The notes under the pieces: model-generated
Seen by the model: only the letters and a program-made list of their open reading frames with translations
Told to the model about the DNA's origin: nothing
Database searches by the model: none
Assembly (NCBI RefSeq): GCF_018977255.1
Contig: NW_024704742.1
Coordinates: 120,902,001 to 120,966,000 of the forward strand
DNA: 64,000 nt
Direction of reading: 5' to 3'
Source: Callorhinchus milii
Taxonomy: Eukaryota
In this document: positions 37,580 through 50,210 of the stretch, piece by piece
How positions within the stretch are numbered: the first letter of the stretch is position 1
Layout: each line of letters opens with the position of its first letter
Program-made: the position numbers and the translations under genes

Positions 37580-37859
37580 CTATGAAAGATAACAGAATCT
37601 TATGAATTTTCTGTGCATAAAATACAACTCTTGAACAATTTTCAAAAATAAATATTTTACTGAAGTATTACATGGTTTAAGAACATGTGAAAGCAATGTA
37701 CAGTGTGTCCAGCTCTGTAGAACATCATTTAATAGATTGAATCTCAAAATTGAAGAGTGAAGCAATGGTGTCAATAAGCAGGACAATTTTAAGTACCAGG
37801 CCTGCAAAGTTCCTTTTAATAATTAAGATTCAGCATTGACAGTTGTCAATTAGTTATTA

Positions 37860-38260
37860 ACAACAACAAACAACAAATTTCTATTTATATAACGCCTTTC
37901 TAGAGGACGTCCCAACCTGCTGGACAATTGAGAGTTTGCACCCGAGATGGGGATTGGATTCAAGAGGAGTGGGAGCCAAGGGAGGTGGGATGGGAAGACA
38001 ACCAAAGGCATGATCAAAGAGGAAGGGCCTTGAAGGATGCAGGGGCAAAGCGACGGGGCTTTGGATGTAGTTCCAGAAGAGGGGCAGAAAGGCTAAAGGC
38101 CCCACTACTGATGGTGGGACGAGCAGGGCAGGGGATATGAAGCAAGCCAGTGCCTGATGAGAGAAAGAGAGGGCAGGGTGGTAAGGTTTTAGAAGGCCAC
38201 AGAGGTAGGGTGGGCAAGACCTTACAGGGCTTTAGTAGTGAGCGTAAGGATCTTGAACTC
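37860..38260 (-). mobile_element. Decayed L2 3' end
   Basis: caacaac tail plus aacgcctttc..ggacgtccca; aggatcttgaactc (FKIL on the antisense strand). Confidence 0.78.
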
Positions 38261-39159
38261 GAAGGACAATTGACTCACGAACAAGATTCAAATTCGAGTC
38301 AAGTATGAAACACACTGGTACGTTTCTGGGCATGTTTTGTATAACTTACAAGTCATGCATACCATGAAGGAGAAGGGAGTAAAGGGGTCGGGGACAGAGG
38401 ATTTGGAGGGGTGGAGACTCATGTGGAACATAAATTCCAGCCAAGACTAGTTGGGCCAAATAGCCTTTTTAAGTGGTCTGAGGTGCTTCTGTGTGAAGGG
38501 TGTTATACAAATGCAAGCTGTCATTGTTTCCATGCAACAAATGTCTATGTAATTCCGTGCATAATATGTCACAATGAATTCTCATTCCTACTTGTAAAAT
38601 ACTTTTGTTGTACTCCATAATGACAATAGTTTAAGCTTCGTCATTCAATGCTTCACAGCTTTATGAAAAGATCCAACTAATTGACACTAAATTCAAAGAA
38701 TGCTGTCATTATTTTCTTTAGGTTTGCAATATATAACAATAAGCTAGCTGATGTCCACAATTTACTCTCAGCTTCATTTGACTGAAATCAAAATGTTGCG
38801 ACTACAGTGGCAAGACAGAAGAAAATTAGGATGGGACAAAACATACACGATTATCTTGCCGAAGGCAAATCGACTCTTGAATCCTTTTGATTTTAATGCT
38901 AACAGAAAGGTAAGCAAATTTCCACAGGGCCCATATGTACCACAGTTGTATCTCAAAGTGAATTTGTTGATGACGGTCAAAAAAGGATATCTGTCAAGAA
39001 ATATATAAATGCATTGATGCATCCAGGTTTGTTGAGTTCAGTTATATCTTGCAACATGGAGTCCCGTAGCGTAGTGGTGAGTGCACTCGCCTTGCAAGAG
39101 AGGGACCTGGGTTTGATTCTGGGTGAGGCAAAACCTTAGGCAAGTTTTCTTACTTAATG

Positions 39160-39490
39160 CAGAGAAGTGTGAACTGATGCATTTGAGGAAGAGGAATGAG
39201 GAGAGGCAATATAAGCTAAATTGTACAATTTTAAACAGGATACAGGAACATTGACACCTAGGGGTTCACACACACAAATCTTTGAAAGTGGCAGAAGCTG
39301 ACAAAGTTGTTAAAAAAGCAGATGGGATCTTGGCTTTATAAACAGAGGCATAGAGTACAAAAACAAGGAAGTTCTGCTACACCTTTACAAATCACTGGTT
39401 AGGCCTCAGCTGAAGTATTGTGTCCAATTCTGGGCACCACACTATAGAAAAGATGTCAGGATCTTCGAAAGGGTGTAAAGGAGATTTACC
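39160..39490 (+). mobile_element. CR1 ORF2 fragment, preceded by a SINE head at ~39058-39150
   Basis: ctttacaaatcactggttaggcctcagctgaagtattgtgtccaattctgggcaccacac (LYKSLVRPQLKYCVQFWAPH). Confidence 0.85.
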
Positions 39491-41620
39491 ATGTGATTCA
39501 CCACACCAATCTGGAATTGTGGAAAAGGAAGGAGCAAAGCTGGTAGGCACGTTAGAGCCACCAGAACATGAGGCAGTAGTTGAGAAGTTGAAAGGTTCAG
39601 TATGGTTTTATTTGAGAAGGGGCAGTTTTGAAAGGGAGGGAAGGAACTGTGCCAGAGAAAAGGAAGATGTTGATAACATCACCACTGCACTATTAAATAT
39701 TAAACCAAGGTACTCACTGCCTGTTCCAGTGGTTTAACTGGGCGTTAAGGATCCTATGGCACTATAAGAAGAGTGTCCTGGCCAATAGTCATTCCTCATT
39801 CGAACTGAGCAAAATCAAATAAATTGGTCATTCATCTCACTGCTCTTTCTGGGGCATTGCTGATTAGCCGGCATGAGTGATTCTACAGCAAGTTTTACAG
39901 AACTTCAAAGTAGCATTATTTGAAGTGCTTTGAGAAGTTTTGATGTGATAAAAGCATAAATCAAAAGCACACATTCTGAAGGCTTTGTGGCTTTTTAAAC
40001 TCCATTCTTTTTACATGCTTGGATTGAAACACATTTATATTAGTTTTTCGTTCTACTTTGCCTTCACTTTAAATGTCAAGGTTAATATCTAAAGTCCATT
40101 CAAATTAGTTTTTAAACTGGTTTTCCCTGATAAATATCTTTTTTTGAGTATAAAGTTAATCAGTGAAAAAACGATTTCCATTTGAATTTCATTTTAGAAA
40201 CATTATTTTTTTGGTATCCATGATGATGCACGCACATCCTTAAACCTGCCTTACTGTATTGCTGGTTCCAGGAATAGTCAAATAATGTGATGTGCCATAA
40301 GAAAGCTGCATCCAGGAATGCATGCATATAATACAAATATTCCTTGAATTTGATATCACACCTCATCACCTTATCATCTCAAAACCCTTCACAAGATATA
40401 GTTTCTACAGGTTTGACTGTATGCATTTTTTGGGCAAATCATACCACATATCACATTGCATGAGCCGTTATGCAGATGTTCCAAAATAAAACCAAATTTT
40501 ACCCAGATGCTTAATGTTTTCCTAAATTTCCTACTGTTTTTTTTGACAAAATAGACTCCAAATCTTCCTCCTTCCCCTCTAGATTTTTGTTTTGTGAATA
40601 AAAACTGACAAAAATGGCTCATCTTTCACTGGGGATGAGGGGAGGTGGGGCGGGGTAAGAGAACTTGAGTCACCATTTTTAGTAATTTGTAGTAATGTAG
40701 TAACAGGTACACTTTAAAAGCTTCTCCAATCTATGCTTAGTTCAAAACTTAGTGGCAAAGTTTGAGCATTCTGTGACATCACTGTGAACCGATCCTCAAC
40801 AAACTTTCCCAGTTGCAACGGGTGTTTCAAAACAAACCAGTAAAGGAATGCTGTTTTATGACTCAGCTAACACATTTCAAAAGAGAACTGCTCCAATTCA
40901 ATGATAATTGAAACCAAAGAGCTCTGCATCTTTGTACCAAATGTTTGCCACTTAATCACAAATTTTCTTTGCAAGGACTGTTAGACAAAATGAAGACAAT
41001 ATTAAAATCTTACATTAAGCATTGGAACATTTGTGAAGAAAATACAATGTAGTAAAAAATAAACAGAATAGCAAATGCCTCGTAAACTATAAGGTTCATT
41101 ACCCAGCATCTGATTTCAACTTGCCTTTCTTTATCGTCTCAAGCATTCTGCTGAATACAAAGGAGGTTGCAATGAAGTGATACAATAAATAGGAAAATAG
41201 CAAACTGGCCTAAAATTTTATCCATAAAAGCTGTGAATCAGATGCTGTGTAACAGTGAAAGTCAGTCCTTGAAAGACCAACTATTTTACTGAATGATTAG
41301 ACTAAGAGACTAAAGATAACCTTGTTTCCTGAGACCTTATTTCCTGCAAAAACATTTCTGCTCTGCACAAAATTGGATTTGTTTTTGCAATAATTAACTT
41401 CATACACCCATGAAGGATCGTCAAGATATGATCTTGAACAAGATTGGTAGCGAAAGCTGTAAAGCAAGACAACCCTAGGCGTCTCTCATTCACCTCCCAG
41501 TTAAAATTCTGGAAAGAGGCTCCACCAATATCCTACTAGGAAGTGTGGGGCAGAGAAAAAACTGGAAAAAAACTGGGATGCGGTGGAAAAGAGCACCTTA
41601 ATGCTTAATGGCATTAAGGT

Positions 41621-41938
41621 GGAGTCCAGTAGCTCAGTGGTTAGAGCACTCGCTTTGCAAGCGAGAGACCTGAGTTCAATTCCAGGCAGAGCGAAACCTT
41701 GGGCAAGTTTCCTTACTCCACACAGAGCCTAATAATAATCCCTCCAAAACAAAACAATAATAAATTGGTCATTTTCAATCTACGACTGTTTGTGGGACAC
41801 TGCTGTGCGTAATTGGCTGCCGCGTTCGCCCACAAATATACAGTCAATTCATTTTACAGTATATTCTGTGAAGCGCTTTGGAACATTCAGAAGACGTGAA
41901 AAGCGCTATATCAAATGCAAGGATTATTATTATTATTA
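41621..41938 (+). mobile_element. Full-length tRNA(Ala-like)-headed SINE, short subfamily
   Basis: A box tagctcagtgg, anticodon-like arm ctcgc-tttgcaa-gcgag, B box gagttcaattcc, Deu-like 3' body, L2-like tail and (ATT)n. Confidence 0.92.
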
Positions 41939-44417
41939 ATAATCTCAGTTTTACACTAAAAGTTCCTGAGTGGGTCACTGAGCAGCCCAGAGCGTTCAAT
42001 CAATCATTTTGTGACGTTATTGAAGAGGCATTTGTATGAGATAAAAATAAAATTACAGATATGATACTCAAATAAACTTGTGATAGAAGAAGGCAAATTA
42101 CGGACAAAATGCTCAAAATATCTGAATGGTGAAACAATGAATGAAGGAGCCATGTATGTCATAAGATTTACAAGTGAGAGGATTTCCATGTAATCAGTTA
42201 AGTGTTATTTTCCAACAAGTAAAAAAAAGAAAATAATATCTCCGATTTGTGGACTTTCATTCTCTAGTCCGAGGGCTGGTAAGAAAATAAATGCAAGAAT
42301 ACAACAGTAATCATCTTTGCATTTGATATAATACCTTATATCAAAATGCCTCAAAAAACTTCACAGGAAAGTGCAAAAGTGTAGTGACTGTATTTTTTGG
42401 TGAATGTGGCAGTCAATTTGTGTACAACAATGTCTCCTAAACAGCCATGCAGTACATGAACCATTTTTTTCTCTCGTACCAGCAGTTGGCCCACTCATTT
42501 CCTGTATCCAAACAGCTTTTCACACTAAAATGGCAATGTAAAATTACTTCTGGGTTATCAAGTCATCTCTGACAACAATTCCTGTTTCCCTAACCATGTG
42601 CCAAACCAGAAGTGACATTAAAAGGGATCAAGTTCCCTGTGCTAAAAGGGCAGTTTTCAGATGGCCATGCACTTCCAGGAAAAGATGAACTGAAAGGCCC
42701 AGAAACAAACAAAGTAATTGTAATTTCTCTACAATTAATTACTCTTTCTGGGTCAGTTTTAAATCTGTTACTCTCCATCCTTCACAGAAACAATCTGCCT
42801 CTCAACAGATATGAGAGGTGTCATTTTCAATTTCTTCCCATTTATTGGCAGTGAAATTGATCCACTCAGCAGAATTACCTCTTCAGGGCTGTTATGAATA
42901 CAAACATTGTGGGACATGGTGGTGCGCAAACTGGCTAATGCATTTGGCTACAAAATACAGTCACTACACTTTACAATAAATAATTTGAAGTTCTTTAGAC
43001 ATCCTCCCAACGTTAAAGGTGCAATATCAAATTCAAGGATTATTACTGAAATCTCAACCATCCTGTGAAACCACACAATTAAACTAGAAAGGTGGAACAT
43101 TCTTTAATTCAGTCTTGGTTTGGAAGCTGGTTTTCCAGTCCATACAAAAACAAAAACTGGCTTCGGAATTTAAGAACTTTCCACAATTCTGCGTGATCGT
43201 AAATAATAATTATTAATTAATAATAATAATTTGGTCACTCAATCTACGACTGTTTGTGGGTCACTGCTGTGCACAATTGTCTGCCACATTTCTTGCTCTC
43301 CCCGTGGAAGTGGCACAATGAAATCCTACCCTGGTGTCAATTTATCCCCACAGCACCATATATAATGCTGCTAAATGTTCTGAATTGCTTTGTAATATTT
43401 ATAGAACAATGGTGCTAAACTGGTATCACAAACATCACAAAAAATCTAATTTTTGTGCTCCTAATCAGTAGATATTTTAAACAAAATCGGAAATTGAAAA
43501 CTGGCAGATTGTATATAAACATACAGGAGTGTGCATGATATTAAATGGTTAAGATTGCATTACATTGCAGCAATTACAATTTTAAAGCTTGTTACTCTCT
43601 GAAAAGTCAATAAAGTTCAATGCAGTAAAAATAACAGTTAACACTTGAAGCCACTACTCTAATACGGCTTTCAGCTATTCCTAATCATTACTGTACACAA
43701 ATTAACACAATTCAAATAGATTTGATAATATTTCACAGATATATATTCCAAATTATATACAACATACATATCATTTTGATGTCCCTTGTGTTTTAGGATG
43801 ACATTTCATAACACATCTGCTAACGAAGATGTACATTGCTGCTGGACATTTCTTGTGCCAATGAAATTTTCCTTTATTTTCCTTCATTTTTCAACTATAC
43901 TTCTCATTTTATACTTTTTTTTACATTTCACAAGATGTAAATCTTTCAGTGATATTAATTTGGGTGCTCTGCTGGCAACAGTGCTGAGTAGTTTCCGCCT
44001 GGCTAAGGCACAATTTCTGATGCATAACTTTTCAAAATCAAATGTTGCTCTGAAGCAATATCCCATAAAGTTTCAAATGACCAAAAGTACCTAAAACCTG
44101 ATTTTGTGAAGTCCTATAATCCTTCCATTTCTGGTGTAGTAAATTGAACAGAAGTGCCTAGTGTTCCTGAGGTACCACTAGCATCTTGTAAGTATTGTAT
44201 CATGCAGTACTGACAGTTCTGCACCCATGGAGACAAGTTAAATGTTAATTGGTTTTCAAGATTGGATCTTACTTTTTAATCTTTTCAATTTTGTCTTTTA
44301 AATCAAAGCTTTGACTTTCTAAATAATTTAAGCAAGCAATTTGGGCTGGAGGAGTAGTATGCGGAGTTGTAAATGCGAATTGAAGAATGCCAATACATCA
44401 ACGCTTTGGCTTGTTAC

Positions 44418-44531
44418 CTCCTGGTTGACTTCCAATGCAATCTGGCTAAGGAGAGTCGAGAAGAAGCCTGCGTTCTGTAGTAATACCCGTCCTGCTATAC
44501 CAAGGTACGTTGACATCACCACTGGGTACTT
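44418..44531 (-). CDS. IPO11: Importin-11 coding exon (KYPVVMSTYLGIAGRVLLQNAGFFSTLLSQIALEVNQE), phase 0-0
   Basis: Contained in ORF 44328..44612; matches IPO11 RYPVVMSTYLGVMGRVLLQN. Acceptor cttcag, donor gtaaca, 114 nt. Confidence 0.95.
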
Positions 44532-44959
44532 CTGAAGTGGATAAAGAAATACATTTAAAAAATTCAACAAAAACATGCATTTTCTTAAGCAATCATTATA
44601 TAATGTACACAAAAACTGACTACAATAACTTACTTCATCTTAATATAACCTCATTTCACATAAACAAGAATACAGATACGTATAAAATTCATATTTATCT
44701 CCAGTATATTGAAAATGAATAACAGATGTTATTTCATTCATTCATTCATTTATTCATTCTCTCCTGAAATACCAGGATATTGTATATTCTGCATAAGCGC
44801 ATAAGACATTCTCCTGCATAAGTGGTCTCTGCCTGTGCATTAGTAAGCCTAGATTAGGACCGTTAGTAGGTTAGTCTACTAGAGGGTACACACCTGGCTG
44901 TTCACTGACAAATTAAGTCCATTACAGATAAATGTAAAGTAATAAGTCAGATGTAAAAA

Positions 44960-45435
44960 CAGGAAGCATATGTACTCCATGTATACACAAAAACTTTATG
45001 TTGAAAGATATATTGGGGCATCTGTTAAACTTGGGACTCAACATGTAAAATCAAAATGAAGTGATAATAAACAAGGCAAACAGAATGCTGGGCTATTTTG
45101 CTAAATCAGTAGTGCAGAGGAGAGCAATGAGGTTGATCCTCAGTGTTAAAGAGAGCACCACAAGGAACGACTAAATAAGTTAGGCTCTTTGGCCTTCAAG
45201 AAGCACTGTCTCAGCTAAGCATTACAGAGGACAAGATGCTTAATGGGATAGAAAAGTAAACCTAGAATAATACTTCGAGATATACCAATGGAGCAGGACA
45301 AAAGGGCATAGGTTGAGGGTATGAAGGGCAATTTTAACACTGACATTAAGTAGTATTTAAAAAGATAGGATGGCTCTTCTGAAAATATAAGATCTAATGG
45401 GACAAAGGGCCTTCACCTGTACCTCTCTTGTGATC
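44960..45435 (+). mobile_element. Highly decayed CR1 fragment
   Basis: aaacaaggcaaacagaatgctgggctattt (KANRMLGY) and aggacaaaagggcatagg (RTKGH). Confidence 0.6.
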
Positions 45436-46049
45436 TAAGCCTTGGTTTAATTTCTCAGTTTCCATATTGCCCTCCCATACCTGAATCTACCACAGCTACA
45501 ATAACCACCAAGAGTGCATTTCATGTGGGTTGACATTGCAAAGCACTTCAAATACCTACAATGAGGGTTCATATTGGACTAAAGCAGCTACATATAAAGG
45601 TACTAGATTTTTCTCTCCTTCGAGAAAGACTACTTTCACTGAATTCCATCCCATCAGCCAGCCCATAACAGGTGAGCCCACTAGAAATTTTAATCTAAAT
45701 CTGAGCACTTTGAGTTGGGAGTAAAACAGAACCACTTCAAAGAATGAGTCATCCATCTACTGAACATTTTATTTGAGACTCAAAAGTTTATCTGCAAGAT
45801 AATAATCAATAATAGAAATTAAGTCCCTGAACTGTTTCAGGAAGAGATCATAAGCCATTTCATTCAGCCACTAAACTGAGCTATTCTGACAAACTCATTC
45901 AGTGCTCACGCCTGGTCTGCTGCATTATGATATAATTATCTCATTTTCAAACAGTTGGACTTTAAGTGCCTGGTTAAACATATTTTACACTAAAACCAAT
46001 TTACTTTCTGGTACATGAATACATCCATGCAGTTCATTTCCGCACCTAC

Positions 46050-46145
46050 CTCTCCATCTAAAATCCCTTTACACACAGAAGGAAGAAGTGGCTGAAACAT
46101 CTGAGGACCCAAAGTTGGGTTTACTTTTATGACATTTTCTACCAC
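46050..46145 (-). CDS. IPO11: Importin-11 coding exon (VVENVIKVNPTLGPQMFQPLLPSVCKGILDGE), phase 0-0
   Basis: Matches recalled IPO11 VVENALKVNPILGPQMFQPILP. Pyrimidine tract plus cag acceptor, gtaggt donor, 96 nt. Confidence 0.95.
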
Positions 46146-47094
46146 CTGCAACAAAAAAACAAAAGAAATTGCATTGAGTGCTGTTTAGGCTATACTGTGT
46201 TTTGATGGAAATAGTAATGTTTGTTTAAAATTGTGTAAAAGATGATAAGATTTGTGGCATAAGGTATGGAGGATTTTGAACAAAGCTTTTGTTTAATAAA
46301 CTTTAGGTACTATTGGTCTATTCATATTAAAACACAATAACACTTATTTTTAATAATCAAACATATAGAAATTTTCATTTCTGTGGTATTATTACTTTAT
46401 TAAAAACCTAAATCATAGATACCGGCTAATATAGCGGCTAAAGCATTTACAACTTTAAGGGCCTTTAAGCAGTAAATGAAAAGGAAATAGTCCGAACCCT
46501 TGATGCCTAAGTTGGTATAGCTATTCCCTAGTCTGCTATCAAAATACACAATCACTGTATATCCTGTGACGTGCTTCAAGACATCCTCTGAAGTGAAATA
46601 TGCTAAACCGAATGTAAAGATTATTATTCGTATTAGTTCAATGGCAATCTAGCTATAAAAATACTAGAACTGGAAAAAAATGCAAATAGACCAAAACAAA
46701 GAAAATAACAAAACATCAACCTGATTGCTCACCAACAGAATGAACATACTTTACAGTTGAATTTTATTTCAAAATCGTTGGCTCTTCTCTAGCTAAGCAT
46801 TATTGGTGTCTTTCAAATACAGGAGCAGAGTCATAGAGAACATAGTAAATCCCAGTCTGCTCTCAGAAAACTCTGCAGCCAAATATTACTTTGAACATTA
46901 CTTTAACATAGGAATGAACAAATGAAGGAAATGCCAATAGAAGGAAATATTACTATTCTTTACATTTTTCTTATTATGAAATCTTTAACTCTTGGCTGCT
47001 ACTCTGATATTCATCTCCTGTCAGGAGTCTCCCCAACTATCTCTATAAATGTATTTTTGTGAAGTCAAAATGAAGTCAAGTTCTAGTGTCTGTT

Positions 47095-47400
47095 GATCAC
47101 TTATGATTTAGCACCTTATCAACTTGTTGAGACACCTTAAAATGCTTCAAATATACTGTAAAGTGAATAGACTGTATATTTTGAAGGCGAAACACAGCAG
47201 CACACAGCAGTGTCCCACAGACAGATGTAGACTGATGAGCAAATTTTCTTTTTAAGGGATTATTACCTGGGAAACCAATCTGCCAATCAGTTAACAACCA
47301 GGTTCCTACTTACTGCTGGGTAAACAGAGGCATGGAAAGGAAACTTGCCTAAGGCTTCGCCCAGCGCGGGAAACAAACTCGGGCCCTCTCACTTGCTAGC
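47095..47400 (-). mobile_element. tRNA-headed SINE (long subfamily), decayed
   Basis: tgtcccacagacag...ggttcctacttactgctgggtaaacagaggc...aaacttgcctaagg. Confidence 0.75.
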
Positions 47401-47534
47401 ATGTCTTTAGTTCGCTGGAGCAATTGTTTGGTTGGTTGGGTGGGAAAATAGCCCACAATCTTTCACTCCAGTTAACTCAAAAATACATATGTAGCCATAT
47501 CTGGCTCTGCACCATTTAGCTGGATCACCATTGA

Positions 47535-48040
47535 CAAGATGCTTAACTGGATCAACGACATAAACGCATTGGTGACAGAGCAGGACAGAGGCTACTACTT
47601 TGTGCCTTTGCGAGTTGGTGTTCTCCAACCTCCTCAAAGACTCTCCACCATCTGGAAAGCTAAAGCCGAGATTGTGATGGAATACTTGCCATTTGCCTGG
47701 ATGGGTAAAACACTTATGAAGCTCAACACCATCCAACAGTTTACTTAATCAGCACTCCAGCTACTCAAGTCATGTTCACTCCTTCTCTGACAGATGCACT
47801 GTAGCTGCAGTGTGTTCTACCTCCACAATGCACTGCAACCAATGTTGCATCAACAGGCATTCCCAGCCGTGCAACCTGGGAATATCACCACCTTCAAGTG
47901 GCTTGAAAGTGGTAATATTCCCAGGTTGCACCACTATCCCTTCCTCCTTGTCGCTTGGTCAAATTCCCGCAACACCACTGTAGAAGTACCTTTACCGCAT
48001 GGTAAATGCTGGTATTGCCAGAGTCACCACATCCCAAGAT
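47535..48040 (+). mobile_element. Decayed non-LTR retrotransposon 3' fragment (CR1/L2 group, family distinct from the others)
   Basis: ORF 47539..47748 contains LSTIWKAKAEIVMEYLPFAWMG..KLNTIQ, resembling the YKAxVRSVMEY LINE motif. Confidence 0.65.
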
Positions 48041-49069
48041 GAATATAAAAATATATTTTGATGTTAAAGATGGGTCCCAATTGTTGAGGTAAGTTTAGTT
48101 TCCCTGGAGATGACCTTCCAGCACCAATATCTGAATTTTGCACCAGGTTAGTAACCAAGGGGAATTCATTTTTTTCCTGAGATCAGTATCCAAATCAGAG
48201 AAGGTCATGTGAAAACTATTATATCCTTGTCACTTAAGTCACACAACAACCCTGCTCTGGGGGAATAAATTATTCATGTCTCGTGCACAGGAACAAAACA
48301 CTGCTTTTACTAATTTATTACATTTTACTTTAAATTTACGCTTGTTTTAAAAAATGTATGGTTTTGACATTGCCAAGTATTTTTTGTCGTGACAGTAAAT
48401 AAACTATAGGTATGTTTGTATGTAAGGTATACATGTAGTCTAAAACACAAATAATTCTACTTCTTTCACAGAATAGGAACATTTTTATTACTGGTAATAG
48501 TGTGCATCACAACAATCTTATCAGTAAAGGCTTGCATTTAATCAGATTGTGTTCATCAATGTCTAGTTGCAAATGAAGAATAACTCAGAAGCTGTCAACT
48601 TAAAAGGCATTTTTTAGGTTTTAGAACTGTCACATAACTGAAATACTTGGCTATTCATATCTGTGCGTTATTACCTTAATTATATACATGCAAGAGAAAT
48701 ATTTTGAGTTGCTAAGACATTTCTAACTCTACAGAGGGCTCATGAATATTTAAAACCTACTAGAAAGAGCTACAAATGAAGAAAGAAAAGGGAATGATGG
48801 TTATCAATGTGTATTGGAGCGCAAGGAACAAATACAAGGCAAAATATTTTAAAAGCATAAGGTCTCAAATGAGGAACAGAAGACTGCCAAACTTAGTGTC
48901 TACTTGTGGGCAGTTCTGTTCAATAGACAAAGTATTGTAATGCTTAAACTCCTATTACTTAACAGAAAACAGAATTTCATCTTAATACATTGTCTGAATT
49001 GTGAATTCTTAAACCATTTTTTCCCAAATTACTGAAGTGATTTTCTGCTCTTCCGCAAAGAACAATTCT

Positions 49070-49352
49070 TTGCAAAGACCCGAGTTTAATTCCAGGCAGG
49101 GCGAAACCTTGGGCAAGTTTCCTTACTCCACACAGAGCCTAATAATAATCCCTCCAAAAACCAAAAACAATAATAAATTGGTCATTTTCAATCTACGACT
49201 GTTTGTGGGACATTGCTGTGCGCAATTGGCTGCCGCGTTCACCCAAAAAAAGTCAATTCACTTTACAGTGTGGTCTGTGAAGCGCTTTGGGATGTCCTTC
49301 CGATGTGAAAAGCGCTATATCAAATGCAAGGATTATTATTATTATTATTATA
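49070..49352 (+). mobile_element. tRNA-headed SINE with slightly truncated head
   Basis: Near-identical to 41660-41938. Confidence 0.9.
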
Positions 49353-49845
49353 ATTCAATTAGCTGCAGTAATGCACAAATCCAGCTGGTATTTTAGATTC
49401 CTTCCTAGATAATATTGTAATCATTCTGCATCACTTATTCAACCTTAAAACGTTAAATCATTAAATACTATACCCTTCTCCATTAAAATCCAAACATTGT
49501 GAAAAATATTGTATAAATAGGGTTTAAATATAATATACAGTCTACAAAATATTAATTCAATTCACTTTACAATACATTCTCTAAAACACTTTTAGGATGT
49601 CTCAACAAAGTTATATCAAGTTCTAGGATTATTATTATTATTAAATAGCAAGATCTAAAAGTCAACAGCACCAGAGCCCAGCTTCTGAAACCTATCCTGA
49701 ATTATATTGAACCCCAATCAATACAACTGTGAGCAGGAAGTGTACATTTAGGGCTGCCACTCCTATTGGATTTACTCCTGAATCACTTCACTTCCTGTAG
49801 TATAAATGGGATATCCATATTCATAATTCAATTAATTAATTTGGG

Positions 49846-50210
49846 TGTAGTCCTGTAGGTTAGTGGTTAGAGCATTCGCCTCGCAACCTGGGTTCAATTC
49901 CTGGCAGGGCAAAATGTTGGGCAAGTTTCCTTACTCCACACGCCTCTGTTTACCAAGCAGTAAATAGGAACCCGGTTGTCAGTCGATTGGGGGATCACTT
50001 TTCCGGGGGTAATAATTCCTTTAAAAAAATAGTAAATTAGTTATTCAATCCACGTCTGTTTGTGGGACACTGCTGTGCGCAACTGGCTGCTGCTTTTTAC
50101 CCACAAAATATAAAGTCAATTGATTTTACAGTATATTCTGTGAAGCGCTTTGAGAAGTTTAGAAGACGTGATAAGGCGCTATATCAAATACAAGGATTAT
50201 TATTATTATT
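49846..50210 (+). mobile_element. tRNA-headed SINE, long subfamily
   Basis: Same head and tail as 41621, plus an extra central block gcctctgtttaccaagcagtaaataggaacccggttgtcagtcgattgg. Confidence 0.88.

Noticed and set aside
41099..41252. 17-bp inverted repeat (ttac(c/a)cagcatctgatt) about 120 bp apart
   Set aside because: Could be a MITE remnant, but no TSD or second copy was seen.
41594..41621. 11-bp inverted repeat (caccttaatgc/gcattaaggtg) at the SINE 5' junction
   Set aside because: Too short to assign a function; likely an insertion-associated templated duplication.
41621..41695. tRNA-Ala(TGC)-like gene
   Set aside because: It has A/B boxes and an anticodon-like arm but no proper acceptor stem, and it recurs in many diverged copies always followed by the SINE body. 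It is a SINE head.
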